This document shows, one piece after another, positions 48,793-62,182 of a stretch of 64,000 nt of DNA. Below the pieces are notes generated by a model. It was given only the letters and a program-made list of their open reading frames with translations. It had not been told where the DNA came from and ran no database searches. Within the stretch, counting starts at the first letter, position 1. Each line of letters opens with the position of its first letter. The stretch covers positions 37,138,001-37,202,000 of the forward strand of contig NC_073382.1 in assembly GCF_028641065.1 (NCBI RefSeq), read 5' to 3'. The stretch comes from Leucoraja erinacea. Its lineage: Eukaryota. The position numbers and the translations under genes are program-made.

Positions 48793-49270
48793 TAGACAGT
48801 AGACAATAGACACAGGAGTAGGCCATTCGACCCATCGAGACTGCACTGCCATTCACTGTGATCATGGCTGATCATCCACAATCAGTACACCGTTCCTGCC
48901 TTCTCCCCATATCCCTTGATTCCGCTATCTTTAAGAGCTCTATCTAACTCTCTCTTGAAACCATCCAGACTATTGGCCTCCTCTGACTTGTGATACAGAG
49001 AATTCCACAGATTCGCAATTCTCTGTGTGAAAAAGTTTTTCCGCATCTCCGTTCTAAATGGCCTACCCCTTATTCTTAAACTGTGGCCCCTGGTTCTGGA
49101 ATCCCCCAACATCGGGAACACATTTACTGCCCCTGGCCTGTCCAATCCCATAACAATCTTATATGTTTCAATAAGATACCCTCTCATCCTTCTAAATTCC
49201 AATGTAGACAAGCCCGGTCGCTCCATTCTTTCAACATATGACAGTCCAGCCATCCCGGGAATTAACCTTG
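48793..49270 (-). mobile_element. CR1 LINE 3' fragment
   Basis: ORF 48882-49280 RLIPGMAGLSY..GYGEKAGT. Confidence 0.94.
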
Positions 49271-49934
49271 TGTCATACAACGGCCATCATTGCCAAATGG
49301 AAGAGTGTAGTCACTCAAAAAAGTATCTTTCCATTCCATCATTATTTCAGAGTCTCCTTCCTATCAACCAATCAAAGAGACTGTTAAATGTTATTTGCTT
49401 TATAGATCTCTGTTTGAACAATAATCACTAAATGGGTTCCTTTTTCTAACTGTAGTGAGTGAAACTTTGTTAAGCACCAAATTGAATTATCTAATATTTT
49501 GTTGCTCTGAAGATTTGTTCAGTAACCAGTGGAGATCTGTGCCAGCAAATTTTCTGTAGCTCCTCACATGCACATAAATTGGTGACAGCAGTGTAAAACT
49601 AGCAGAAAATGAACTAAGCATTTTAATTTCATTTTGTGAATTATTTCAGAGGCAATTCTGTTTAGCATTTTACTGATAGTCTTATGGACAAGTAGGCAAT
49701 ATAGCAACAGTATTTTGTTGCATCACATCTCTGTTAAAATACTGAACAATGTAACTGATTAAAATGGTGCTTCTAATGGCCCAAATAGTAACAGGGAAGT
49801 GATCCAAGTGGAAATAATTGCAGGATTTTGGTAATACAGAGCTGAAAATTCCCTCAAGCATGCAGGAACTATGCCCTACCAAGTCTTCATGGACTGTTTT
49901 TTTTTTAAAATTTACTGCAGAAACATCCTTGCCT

Positions 49935-50640
49935 CCATCCAGGGAACTCAGCCATCATCCCAGAAGAGACAGAGGTTTACGTGCACCTGCTCTAACCTCA
50001 CCTACGGCATCCAGTGTTCCCGATGTGGCTTCCAGTACATCGGCGAGCCCAAGCATAACTTCGGGAATTATTTTGCCTAACACTTGCATTCAGTCGGCCA
50101 AAGCCTACTACATATCCAAATTGTTAACCATTTTAACTTCTCTTCCCATTTCCATACTGACCTTTCTGTCTTGGGTCTCCTCCATTGCCAAAGTGAGGCC
50201 ACATGCAAACTGGAGAAAGAGCATCTCATATTTCGCTTGGTAAGCTTTAAACCCAATGGTATGAGTATTGAATTATCCAATTTTAGGTAAATTCTAACTA
50301 ACCGCTCCTAACTCTCACCCCTACCTTTCTCCCTCACTCCCTCCTTCCCTCCCCTGTGCCCAACCTGGAATCCCACCCATTTTTTCTCCTATCTCCCTCC
50401 TCCTATATTCCTTCCTCTGGCTTCACAATTCTGCTTTAATCTCTGACTTTGTTCCAACCATCAACCAGTCAAAAACCCTGCTTGCCTGAGACCACCCATT
50501 ATCTGCTATGCTTTGTCCTACCTCTCCCACCTTTCTTCCCCCTCCCTTCTATCAGTCTGAAGAAGGGTCCCAACCCAAAACCTGTTCTCCAGAGGTGCTC
50601 TCTGACCCAATGAGTTACTCCTGCATTTTGTGTCATTTTA
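49935..50640 (+). mobile_element. Penelope-like element 3' fragment (GIY-YIG plus hammerhead-like motif)
   Basis: QRFTCTCSNLTYGIQCSRCGFQYIGE.., HFNF..KLEKEHLIFRL..PNGMSIELSNFR; CTGAAGAAGGGTCCCAACCCAAAAC at 50557. Confidence 0.87.
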
Positions 50641-51574
50641 GGAGGAAGAGTAGCACACTTTAGAAAATTCAATTCTCAAACAATGTGCCAGAGGTAGAAA
50701 AACAGATCTTAGCTGCAGAAACCTTGAACTAAGCGTAGGTTGGAAATCTTTCATTCCTCGATTAGTTCGCATGGATTACTGTCTGGCACAGCCAAAGTGT
50801 AATGGGGCAAATAATAAAAGGCTGAAAATTCATACCACTGTCTGGTCAATTGTAATTTGGAAATGATGATAGCTGGAGCTCAGTAGACTCATTTGGATCA
50901 AAACACCTTACAAACTTTGGGAAGTATTTCACAAGATGTGCAATCACTTGCACCCTGTCCAACACAACCAATACTGTCTAATGAACTGAAACTAGCACAT
51001 AGATAAGATAACCCATTGCTCTCTGAACATTTGCAGCGTTTCTATGCATAGTAACTAGAGGAATTAACATAATTCCCGATACTAGTGATATAGTTTTATA
51101 CCGGTTTTAGTATAAAACATCAGTCTGAATAGCTTGGCTCATTCTAAACATACTTGCAATTTCTGCGAGAAGATGAAGGTTGTGAAAGATTATTAAGTTT
51201 TTCAGATTTTGCTAACTGTAGCCAACTTTAAAAAAAACAAATTGATTTTTATATAATGGAAACTCTGGACTATTACATCTTAAGAAGTCATAATTTTTCC
51301 CTTATACATTGTTTACTATCAATTATGTAATAAAAAAAGAAATTGGGTTTTGATAAATATCTTTACAAATGCAAAAGAATAAATTAATTTTGGCAGAATA
51401 TTCATTACACATGCATGCATTCTATTTCTTTATCACCCATTTGCTTCCATGGATAATCCCAAAGATAGAATCAGATGATTAAAATTTAGCTAAGTAACGC
51501 AGCTTCTGCCTCTGCTCAATATGTCAATACTATTTAATCAGTTAAGAATCAGGCATGGCCAATTAACATGTTTG

Positions 51575-51870
51575 CAAGATTACTGCAGATGCTGGAGAAT
51601 CGAAGGTTCTTAAAAATCTTAAACTTTTATTCTAATTAGTGAAGGAAATTGAAACGTTTCGGGCCGAATTATTGTTTTACTGATGACACTGGCCGGACAA
51701 GAAATAAAAAATTTTTTTCAATTCAGAAATGAGGGATGGGAACTGAGCAGGGGGGCTGAGGAAGGGGAGGAGACAGCCAGGACTAACAAAATTGGGAGAA
51801 TTTCTCTATTCCGTTTGGGGAGTCTGCACCCCGGGGGCATGAACATCGAATTCTCCCAGAGAATTGCCAA
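51575..51870 (-). mobile_element. Penelope-like fragment with internal inversion
   Basis: CTGCAGATGCTGGAGAATCGAAGG..AACGTTTCGGGCCG..AAATTGGGAGAATT followed by inverted FRLGSLHPGGMNIEFS segment. Confidence 0.65.
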
Positions 51871-52029
51871 GGACAAACTGCACCCCCTCCACATACACCT
51901 ATCTCTTGCCATCTGGCAAAGATAACGAAGCATCAAATATTGCTGAAAGGCTGCAAACAGATAACTAGCACAGCTGATGAGGCTGCTAAAGTCACTCTGC
52001 ACTCCCGACTTAAACATTCTTGCAATTTA

Positions 52030-52279
52030 CAATTTAATAACTGGTCTGGCCGCTGAATCAATGAGATTTTTAAGGATTGTTTACTAATTTCAACATTGGG
52101 TTTTTTTTGTTTTGATGGGACCTGAAAACTATTTATTGCAAATACAGGGAATAGATTGTTTTTTTTAGTGTTATTATGTGAGAAGTGTTTTAAATTTCAT
52201 GTGCGAGGCTCCGCTATTCACTGGGAAACGTCTTTTCATTTTGCACTGTACTTGTTGCTTGCAAGATGACAATAAAGGT
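52030..52279 (+). mobile_element. Retroposon 3' tail (Rex-type) with (TTGA)n
   Basis: TTTCATTTTGCACTGTAC..GCAAGATGACAATAAAGG(TTGA)n. Confidence 0.55.
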
Positions 52280-52829
52280 TGATTGATTGATTGATTGATA
52301 TTGTTGACAACAGGCCAGGGTTGCTGTTGTCAGGCTTCTAATGTATCTGCTGATTGTTTAATTGGCCTCTGCACTATTCAGTTCAAATAACACTGCCCAC
52401 TATATTGCTGAAAGTGCAAGCTGATAACAGCACAGTGATGAAACTAAAGCATCTGGAACCCGAATAAACATTGCAATTTAAAATATATCTGTCTCCGTGA
52501 ATAATGAGATTAAGGATTGAGAAATAAATACAGCAAGGGGTAAAGATTGTGGATTATGGGACCAAACTAATTGCAAATACAGAATAGAAAAAATATGCAG
52601 GAAAGATTGTCATTTCTCTTCAATCGCTTGTGCTAAGCATACAACGTTATAAAACAATGCAGACCAACTGAATTAATTAAGACATTTCAGCTCTCATAAA
52701 CTATGATATTGATCTTTAGAATGATCACCTAAGGGTGGACTCCAACAGGGAATGGGCAAAACTAATGAGATTATGATAGAAAGAAAAGTAGTAGAAGTGA
52801 AAGTATGAAAATAACTGAATTTTAGTGAC

Positions 52830-54137
52830 ATACGGCATCACACACACTAACCACCCACACACCCACACTAACAACCTCCTGCACGCACACTAACTATCCC
52901 ACTTGATATTATATTAATATTATGAATTTGCTCCTTTAACCCCATGACCGCCCTATCCACTGATGCATAGCCCCAACTTGCAGGCACGTCTAGAAAGGGG
53001 GGGGGTTGAGAGTGAGGGCAGAGAGAGAAGGGGGAGAGACAGAGAGAGAGGGGCAGAGACAGAGAGAGAATGGCAAGGGACAGAGGGAGAGGGGGGTCCA
53101 GGGTTGCATGAGAGGAAGTGAGGGAGGAGAGGGGTGGAGAGGGAGGATCGGGAGGGAGAGAGGGGGAGAGAGAGATGAGAGGAGAGAGAGAGGGAGAGAG
53201 GGAGAGAGGGGGGCTGAGAGGGGGGGAACGGAGGGAGGAGGGGAGGAGGGGGGGGGGGGAGAGGGGGGGGGGGAGAGGGGGGGGGGAGAGGGAGGGAGAT
53301 GAGAGGGGGGGGGGGGGGGAGAGAGAGAGAGCGAGGGGGGGGGAAGGGATGAGAGAGAGGGAGGGGGTGGAGGGAAGTGGGCACGGCCACTGCCACCATG
53401 AGTAACGATCAGGCATTGAGAGATTCAGCAGCTGGTGAGCAGGCCTGTGAGCAAGCGTGTGACTATGAGAAAGTCAGTTGGCTGTGAGCGAGCGGGTTTA
53501 GTAGCGAGCTCAGGCAATTATTCACCAAATCTACAGAAACAGTCGGAATTTTGAAATCAAAAGAAAATTTCTAGGGGAAGATGTAAATGTTTGACCATTA
53601 TTGTGTAACATCTGTGCTGCCTGCGGTCAGCGCTGCAGATTTTAAAAATAGGTCAGATTGGGGGGGGGGGTTAATGGGGGGGTTAAGAAAATAATGTACC
53701 AAATTGGCGGGGGACAAGAGTAATGGCATTTGTGAGGTCAGCAAGCTGGGCATCCGTTATATATTATTTTAAATGTCAGTTTGGTGATAAATTTTAGTAA
53801 ATATCTCAGGAAATTATTCACCAAATTTACAGAGGAGTGGATTTTTGAAATCATAAAGAAAATTTCTAGCAGAAGATGTAAAAGTTTGACCATTATTGTA
53901 ACATCACCTGCTGGTCAGCGGTCAGATTTTAAAAATAGGTCAGATTGGTCAAAAATTTTAATGAAAAAGTTAAGAAAATTATGTACCAAATTTATAGAAG
54001 AGTGGATTTCTAAAATCGCAAGGAAAATCTCTGCTGAAATTTGTAAATGTTTCCCCATTTCGGCATCTGGTTTTCGAGGAGATACGTTTCACAGGCAAAA
54101 TGACACACACACACACACAGTTTTAACATATATATGA
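52830..54137 (-). mobile_element. Probable 3'-truncated non-autonomous Helitron with a GA-rich tract
   Basis: Minus-strand 5' end TCATATATATGTTAAAAC(TG)n is Helitron-like; internal duplication (53505-53700 vs 53805-54000); no CTAG end found. Confidence 0.5.
52995..53380. repeat. Polypurine (G/A) low-complexity tract
   Basis: (GA)n and Gn runs over ~380 bp. Confidence 0.95.
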
Positions 54138-54225
54138 CACGATTAGCAATTATGCTAGATTTCGAACAATTCATTATTTATATAATCAATAGAGCTGCAG
54201 TATTTTCCTCCCTAAGCATATGAAA

Positions 54226-57200
54226 TCTATCTATACATAACTATAGCTCTGATCTTGCTATCTTTCGGTTTGCGCAGTAATTCTAAATGCGCAAAAACAC
54301 TACGCAATAGTACTATGATTTTTTGCCAGCTTGCTCACCGTTCTCCTTTGTTCCGTTCGGTGGTTTAATGTAAAAGGTAACGAGATTTAAAAACCTTAAA
54401 AACCGCGCGTGCCCAGATTGATCTGCTCTACTGCAAGTCAGCACTGCATGGATCGGTCTTTTGTCCTGTCACTCCGTGGGACGGTCCGCCCCTTCCTGCA
54501 CCATCGCGTCTTCACTAACCCAGGCCAGGAGATGTCAGCAAATGGAAAGCGGATAATCTGATATCGGTGGAGGAAAACGTCCAGCAAACAGCGCCCGTTG
54601 TGAGTTCGCATCGCACCATCAACTCCAGCCTCTCCCCTCGGTCCCCCTCACTGGCTCTTTGCCCCCCCTCCCCCCATGATACCCCCCTCTCCCCCACACC
54701 CCCTTTCTTTCCTCCGCCATCCCTTGCAACAGGGCACACCCCCGCCGGCCCGCCTGAAGCCATCCCCCCTCCCCAGGACACAAATGCTCCCAACAGTCCC
54801 CGCCTGATGCCATCCTCAGCTGCAGGTTGCTTCCCCACTACATGCCCCCCCTCAAGCCCCATCCCCCTGCAGAATGCGCCCCACCATCCCCCTTGAAGCC
54901 CCCACAATGGCAGTCCAAGCTACGGCAGCAAACACACGACCATGGCAGCGTTAGGCCACATAGTGATAGACCCGCCCAACACACCCTCTCCCCATGACAG
55001 CGATAGGCCGTGGCAACCTCCCTAGGCAGCCCCCCTCGCCCCAACCCACCCCTGGCAGGGGTAGGCACACCCTTCCACACACCAGCAGCGGTAGGCCCAC
55101 TTCCTCCCTCCACCCACACCCCCCCCCCCACCCCCACCCCCTCCACAAACCCCCTCCTCCCAGACACCCCTGCCTGAAGCCACACCCCTCCCATTTCTAC
55201 AGGATACTCTCCTGAAGCTGTCCACATTCCACAGCCCATCATGCTCCTCTGGCCCCCGTCAGCCATCCCCTCCCCTGCCTAAACATCCCTCACCTCCTCC
55301 CAGCGACCCCGCCTGAAGCCGTCCCCCTCCCCTGGCTACAGAACGCCCCCCCCGCCCCCGCCCCCCGCTGGCCCCCTGCTGGCCCCCACCGGCCCCCTAC
55401 CTGAAGCCGTCCCTGGCAACAGGACACACCCGCCGGCCCCCGCCTGAAGCCAGAACCCCCCCCCCCCCGGCTACAAGATGCTCCCAACAGTCCCCGCCTG
55501 ATGCCATCCTCAGCTGCAGGTTGCTTCCCCACTACCTGCCCCCACCTCAAGCTGTCCCATCCCCAGCTGCAGAATGCTCCCCACCGATCCCCGCTTGAAG
55601 CCAGTGGAGAATGGCAGTGGCAAGCTACGGCAGCAAAAGGCCACGGCCATGGCAGCGTTAGGTCACGATAGCGATAGACCATGGCAGCGGCAGCAGTAAG
55701 CCATGACAGCGATAGGCCGTGGCAACGGCTAGGCAGCAGTAGGCAGTGGCAGCGGCTGGCCATGGCAGGGGTAGGCAGCGGTAGACCACAGCAGCGGTAG
55801 GCCTTAGCAGCGCCACCCCCCCCCCTCTACCGGCGCCAGACAGGCCCCGCCTGAAGCCGACCCCCTCCCCTGGCTACAGGATGCTCCCCACCTGAAGCTA
55901 TCCACATTCCACAGCTACAGAATGCTCCCTCTGGCCCCCATCTGGAGCCGTCCCCTTCCCCTGCTGTAGGATGCTTTCACCCCCCTCCCACCTGACCCCA
56001 CCTAAAGACATCCCCCACCGGCACCTGAAGCAGTCCCCCTTCCCCAGCTGCAGATCTCTCCCCACCGGCCCCTACCTGAATCCATCCCTGGCTACAGGAC
56101 ACTCCCCCAACGGCTCCCGCCTGAAGCCATCCCCTCCCCCGCCCTAGCTAAAGGATGCCCCCGTCGACACCCCCCGCCTGAAGCTGTCCCCAGCTGCAGT
56201 ATGCTCCTCCCCCCCACCCACCATTCCCCACCTGAACCTGTTCCGTCCCCAGCTGCAAGACACTCCCCCATCCCCACCAGCCCCCACCTGAAAGTGTCCC
56301 CGTCCCCAGCTGCAGGATGCTCCCCACCAGTCCCAGCCTGAAGCCGGTGGAGAGCGGCTGTGGTAGGCCATGGCAGGGACAGGCCACGGCCATGACAGCG
56401 GTAGGCTACGACAGCAATAGGCCACGGCAGCAGCAGTGGTAGGCAGGGCTGAGCTGCGGCGGGCCATGGCAGGGGTTGGCAGCAGTAGGCCACGGCAGCA
56501 GTAGGCCACGGCTGCAGTAGGCCACGGCAGCAGTAGGCCACGGCAGAGGCAGGCCATGGCAGCAGTAGGCCACTGCAGCAATCTTCCCCCTCCACTGGCC
56601 CCCAACAGGCCCTGCCTGAAGCTATCCCCCTCCTCTGGCTGCAGGATGCTCCCCGCCTGAAGCGGTCCCCATCCCAGATACAGAACACTCACTCTGGCCT
56701 CCGCCTGAAGCCATCCCCATCCCCAACCGTAGGCAGCGGAAGGCAGCGGAAGGCAGCGGAAGCAGTAGGCCACGACAGCAATAGGCCACGGGTGCCCCAG
56801 CCTGAAACCGCCCCCCTCCCCCGGCTGCAGGACGCTCCCCCCCCACCGGCTCCCGCCTGAGCAGCCTACCATTGTAGGACGCTCCCCCGGCCCCCGCACA
56901 GTCCGCACCTGAAGCCATCCCCTACCCCACTGTGAGAATCTGCCCCCCCCGGCCCCCGACAACCCCCTCCTGAAGCTGTCCCCAACGCCCCGCTTCAGAA
57001 CGCTGTCCCCCTCACTGGCCCCCGCCTGAAGCCGTACCTTCCGCAGCTGCAGGACGTACCCCCCCCCCACAGCCCTCGCCTGAAGCCATCCCCCTTCCCC
57101 AGCTGTAGGATGCTCCCTCTAGCCCCAGCCAGCCTCTTCTTGAAGCTGTCCTCCTCCCCTGGTGCAGGATGCTCCCCACTGGCCCCCACCTGAAGGTGTG

Positions 57201-57816
57201 GACAGCTTCAGGCGGGACCCTTGTGGGGGGGGGATCATCCTGCAGCAGGGGACGGAATGGCTTCAGGCAGGGGTTGGTGGGGGGGGGTGGTTGCCCGCAG
57301 TAGGCCACGCAGCACTCCCTCCCTCTCCCCACTGGCCCCCGACAGGCCGCGCCTGAAGCTGTCCCCCTCACCCGGCTGCAGGACATTCCTCCCTACCCCA
57401 CTGGCCCCCGACAGACCCGGCCTGAGGATGTGTCCCTTCCCTGGCTTCAGACCCTTCCCCCCACCAGCCCTCGACAGCCACGCCTGAAGCCATCCTCCTT
57501 ATCCAGCTGCAGAACACAACAAGAGGCGAAACAAGAAAGAATGGACTGAATAAATCTCATCTTTAACATTTAAATTATTGTTATATTTTAAGAGTCATTC
57601 ATATTTTAAACTTTAATAAATCCCTTTTCCACTTGCCGTGCCCATCAGCTAATCCTGCGCAGTAATGCTTGTGTGTTTTACATCACAATGCAAACCCAAT
57701 GAGCGGGAAGGCTGCACCTCTGGAGAGCCGCTAAGAGTGGATGGGGGGGTTGCAGGGGGATGGAGTGAATGCGTGGGGGGGGGGGGGGGGGACCCAACAG
57801 GTCCCACTTAGTCTAG
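54226..57816 (+). mobile_element. Non-autonomous Helitron carrying ~3 kb of GC-rich degenerate minisatellite
   Basis: A|TCTATCTATAC start; end GGGACCCAACAGGTCCC ACTTAGT CTAG|T, the same 3' terminus as 28379-28410. Confidence 0.87.
54700..57515. repeat. Degenerate two-motif GC-rich tandem array
   Basis: Recurrent CCCCGCCTGAAGCC(A/G)TCCCC..GCTGCAGGATGCTCCCC units interspersed with GGCAGCAGTAGGCCAC units. Confidence 0.9.
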
Positions 57817-59369
57817 TAAATAAATAACATTGCCTGTAGCGGGTTTATGTCGAGTTTCTGCTCATCCGATCCATTCCCCACCCAAGGTTTGACCCAACAA
57901 TTGCTCAGCATAACTTAATTGAATACATATCCTTGAGAGTGGTGAGAGAACTGTGAAGGCCATTTGGTGTCTCTGGCTCACTAAATGACACATGATTGAG
58001 GCTCAAAGCTAAAGACAGATAACTTTAGCAAGAATACTTTAACCACTTAATATTAACCTTACTAAACCACAGAGGTTCGTTTGATAAAGTACTGTGGGGA
58101 ATTTAATATCAATGTTGAATGTTGCAAACTGCTTGTTAGCTGCAAAGGAAATGTTGTCGTATTGGTTTATATAAACACAGACATTTCTTCTCGATCCCTG
58201 CTATTGACGATAACACTAAAATATGTGTGATGGTGTAAATAACAATTTAGCTGATGCCTCAGACCTATCTTCATCAATGCATGTGAGTGGTTAAACATCA
58301 AACATTCCTACCTCAAGCAAATAAAATGGAGATGGTGACAGGCAAGGTCGTGACAAATTGTCATGGGGTGATTTTTAAATTATACTATAATTAAACTGAG
58401 TTCAGAGAGTGAGGGCAGCTTGCAAAATTCTTAGCACATCCAGAATGGTTGCTGTGGTGAGTTCTATCTACAATTATGTAGAGTTATAGTGTAATAATGT
58501 TCAGTATCAAAAAAATATTTGTATTGGAACTGCAAACTGAACACAGGGATCAATACAGAATTATAGTTGAGTGTTAAAATGGCATCATGTACAGAATAAA
58601 GAGGCCATGTTAGAATGTGGCAATTAGAAAAATGTAATATCATATTTTAAGTAATTTTGTGTAACATTGTATATTACATAATTTGCAATATTTGCATTTA
58701 TGTTCTTTTATATATGGTATTTGGTTGGATTTCAGTAAGAATTTCTGAGTGGCCTTCTTCGGTGTGCTTTAGTTGGCTTTCCCCACCTAGAAGGATTCAT
58801 GGCAAATTCAGAAAACAGCTGCAGGAGAAACTACCTCTATACATCAATAATATTACTGTCATCATGATGCCATTTTGGACCAAAGTCAAAAATCACAGTG
58901 GGAAATGGTCTGGCACATAATGCAAGGAGCTGTGTCACTGATTGAAGTATACAGTTGGTTAAGCATATTCAGTCTTTGTGCAATGGTTTGGTCGATTACT
59001 TTTAAGACAGAGGTGCCAGTAAGTCTGAGATAATTAGGCTGATAAATTATACTTCACACTGTGTTTTCGGAACACTCATTATTGAGTGCGAAAGTATTGA
59101 GCAAGACCCTGTTCATGACTGCTGCTGGAAATTGTTTTTGTGGTCCTTAGCCTCAGTTTCTCCTGTGGTGCGTTTCGGTATTCATATTCCAGAAACCTAC
59201 CTTTAATAAGTGCAACCTTCATTCCATCTCAAAATGATATAAAATAATGACATTTAAAATTTTCAGTTGAGATTCAATGTTGCACATCTAAACACAAGAT
59301 GTTATTTGAAATATTTTGGCAATATCAAATCAATTTATGATGAGAGTTACTTTATCAGACTAGCTGAAA

Positions 59370-59750
59370 TTTAGCATGTTGCAGTCTTCCAGATTCAATA
59401 TTGAATTCTTCAACTTCAGATAACCCACTCTCTTTCTGTTTGCACTGGCAATTTCTCCAGATAGACATCTGCAATTTTGGCTCATTTCTCCTTTCACTTG
59501 CTCAGCATGTTCTATGCACCTACTATTAGCAACACATAACAGATGGAGATGTATAATCTGCATCTAACTCCACACTAACCCATTTGATTTAACCCTATCA
59601 GAAATATTATCTTTGTTCGTTCCATCCTTCCCCACCTTCTTTGCAACTTGAAACCAGTTTGTTTCCTCTCTTCTGACAAAGGGTCTCAGATCAGAAATGT
59701 TAGCTCTGCTTGTCTTTCCACAGTTGCTGCCTGATCTGTTGAATGTTTCA
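59370..59750 (+). mobile_element. Old Penelope-like 3' fragment
   Basis: TTGCAGTCTTCCAGATTCAATATTGAATTCTTCAACTTCAGATAA end motif; CTGACAAAGGGTCTCAGATCAGAAATGTT hammerhead remnant. Confidence 0.6.
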
Positions 59751-60339
59751 GTTCCATAGGCAATTTAAATTATAATTTGCGTAAAAGGCAGAAATAACAC
59801 AAAGCAATGGAAGTTTGAAAGCTGAAGTTGAAACTGTCTAAAGTAAAGCAACAGATTTTACTCTGTAAATGACCATTTTACCATTTATCATATATGTATT
59901 AATGTTATTGACACCATGCAAAAAAAAGTGACACATTGATGTTGTGCAATAGTGTAAAACAAGTGAATTAGGTGAAACAGGAGTTTGGATAAAGGGCATG
60001 ATGGAAGGTGCAAGTGTTTTCAATGAAGTAATTGGTTTCTATCAGTTTCCTTTTGTGTCCATCCAGCAAATTTGTCCAGGGACAAAAACATGTCAGCATG
60101 TTAATGTACTGTACTGTACTGTACTGTACACTGACAATGACAATTAAAATTGAATCTGAATCTGAATCTAATCTTAAATTAATCTGGGTTATATCTTCTA
60201 GGCGGTCTCTTGACAAGTCTTAGGGCTGGTAGAATGTTCCCAATTCACAATCCCTGCCCTTAAATGCAATAAAGATGATAAGAGATGTCAAGTGAGGAGT
60301 TGTCACCATTTTTACTCAATTATCCAAAGTCAAGAAAAC

Positions 60340-60497
60340 AATTAAAAGACATTTGGACAGGTACTTGGATAGGAAAAGTTTAGAGGGATATGGGCCAAAT
60401 GCGGGTCAGTGGGATTGGTGTAGATGGGGCATCATAGTCAGCATGGGCAAGTTGAGGCAAAGGGCCAGTTTCCATGCTGTAGGACTCGATGACTCTA
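60340..60497 (+). mobile_element. CR1 3' UTR fragment
   Basis: AAAAGACATTTGGACAGGTAC..GAGGGATATGGGCCAAA..TTTCCATGCTGTA; same subfamily as 2675-3140. Confidence 0.85.
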
Positions 60498-61154
60498 AGA
60501 ACTAGGTGCTCCATTCTGCAGTAGTGAAATCACTGTTAATGACAATAAGAAGATTAATGAAGCTGCAAAACATACTTTGAGTGATTCAACAATATACAGA
60601 TGATCATGTGATAGATTTATTTCAGCCTCGCCCAGGCAATCGTAAAACACACCCAGTTGCCCAATTGTTACATAACCTTTCACTCCATGCTCTCATATCA
60701 GATACCAAACTGAGATAATGTGTATTGAGGCACTCTCTCAGAAAGACTGAAATGATTCAGCTTACAATCATGACCTTTAATGCAGTCTCTTCTACATGAG
60801 AAATTAAATGCAATTTGTGTTCACTTTGCTGAATACCTCCATTCACTCTTCAAGAGTGAACCTGGTTACTTGTCATTTTAATTCACTGCTTCTTTATCGA
60901 TGTGATTTTTGTTCCATAGGTTCTGATGAAGCTCAACAAAAGTTTGAAAAGCACCAAACAGCTTGACCAGATTGATTTCTTCACAATTGTTGGGACACAA
61001 TATCGTCCAACAATTTCAGATCATGATCTGTTTCACATGCATTGAGTTCCAGTAATCTCTACTGTTTGTTCTTGCTTTCCAATCTAAATTAGCATTTATT
61101 TTACTTCCTTGTTGTCTGTCCCTACAGCAGTCTGAATTATAAGATATTAAACTG

Positions 61155-61670
61155 AATGGAGACACATGGAACTGCAGATGTTCGAACCTCTGGCAAAAGT
61201 GCTGGAGGAACACCTGGAGGGTCAGGCAACATCTGTGGAAGGAAACGGACAAATGGGTTGGTCTAGGACCCTTCTTCAGAGTGATAGGAGAGGAGAAAGC
61301 TGGAAAATAAAGATGGGACAAAGTCTGGTATGGGACAGGTGGATACGGCTGGGGGTGGAGGCGTTGGCAGATGGGTGGAATAACTGAGACAAGAGACAAA
61401 AGTGTGTCAGATAAGGAAAGGAGTGAAATGTAAATCTGGAAGGAGAAATATTGGTGGAAGTGTATGAGGAAGAGGAATGAGGGGGGCAGGAAAGGAAATG
61501 TGGTGTTCAGGGATGGGAGATGAGTGTACGAAGCAGGAAAATGGAGCAGGGTGACTGGGGAAGTGGAAGATGATGGAAGAAATGTGTGTGCAATGGGAGT
61601 GAGAGTTGGACAATAGAAAAGGGAGAGGAAACTCATTTTAATAGAACCTCATTCTGCTTGGTCAGTTTTG
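61155..61670 (-). mobile_element. Penelope-like 3' fragment
   Basis: GGAACTGCAGATG..GACCCTTCTTCAGA followed by the purine-rich linker seen in other copies. Confidence 0.7.
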
Positions 61671-62182
61671 AATAGCAATGAACCTCGATCCTCCAGCTGT
61701 TTGTTTTTCTTTAGAACAAACATTATGACTCGTTGACAAGTGGCCGGTGACTATCAGGCAATGGAAGATCTGCCCATTATGTCTGATACCATGCTCAACA
61801 TGCAAGCCAAAGTAGACAGTTTAAAATCCAACAGATCTCCAAGTAAAATGTGCAAAATGTTCCTTTGTAGTATAAATATGATCTATGTACACTATTTCTT
61901 TTAGATTCTGAATAAAAATACTTAGGGTCTGCAGAACTGGATGTCTCCCAATGCACAGTAATGTTGACAACAGACTAGTAATGGCATTACTGGTGGCCGT
62001 GATCCTGACTGAGATTTGTAGTAATTGACTAAAGCCCAGGATACCTTATTATTTGCCAAAATCCTCTTGTATGTGATTGAGAGATTATGGTAATCTTAAT
62101 GCAACACACGGGGATTCCCTTTCTCTCCAATAATTAATTCTACAAGCATGTAAACCCATAACAATCCAGGGCTCTATCATTG

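Noticed and set aside
52868-53416. Pro/Ser- and Glu/Gly/Arg-rich ORFs
   Set aside because: These are translations of a polypurine low-complexity tract.
54515-57487. Long Gly/Pro/Ala-rich ORFs (up to 308 aa) or a CpG-island promoter
   Set aside because: Open frames arise from stop-poor GC-rich tandem repeats inside a Helitron, and no domain is recognisable.
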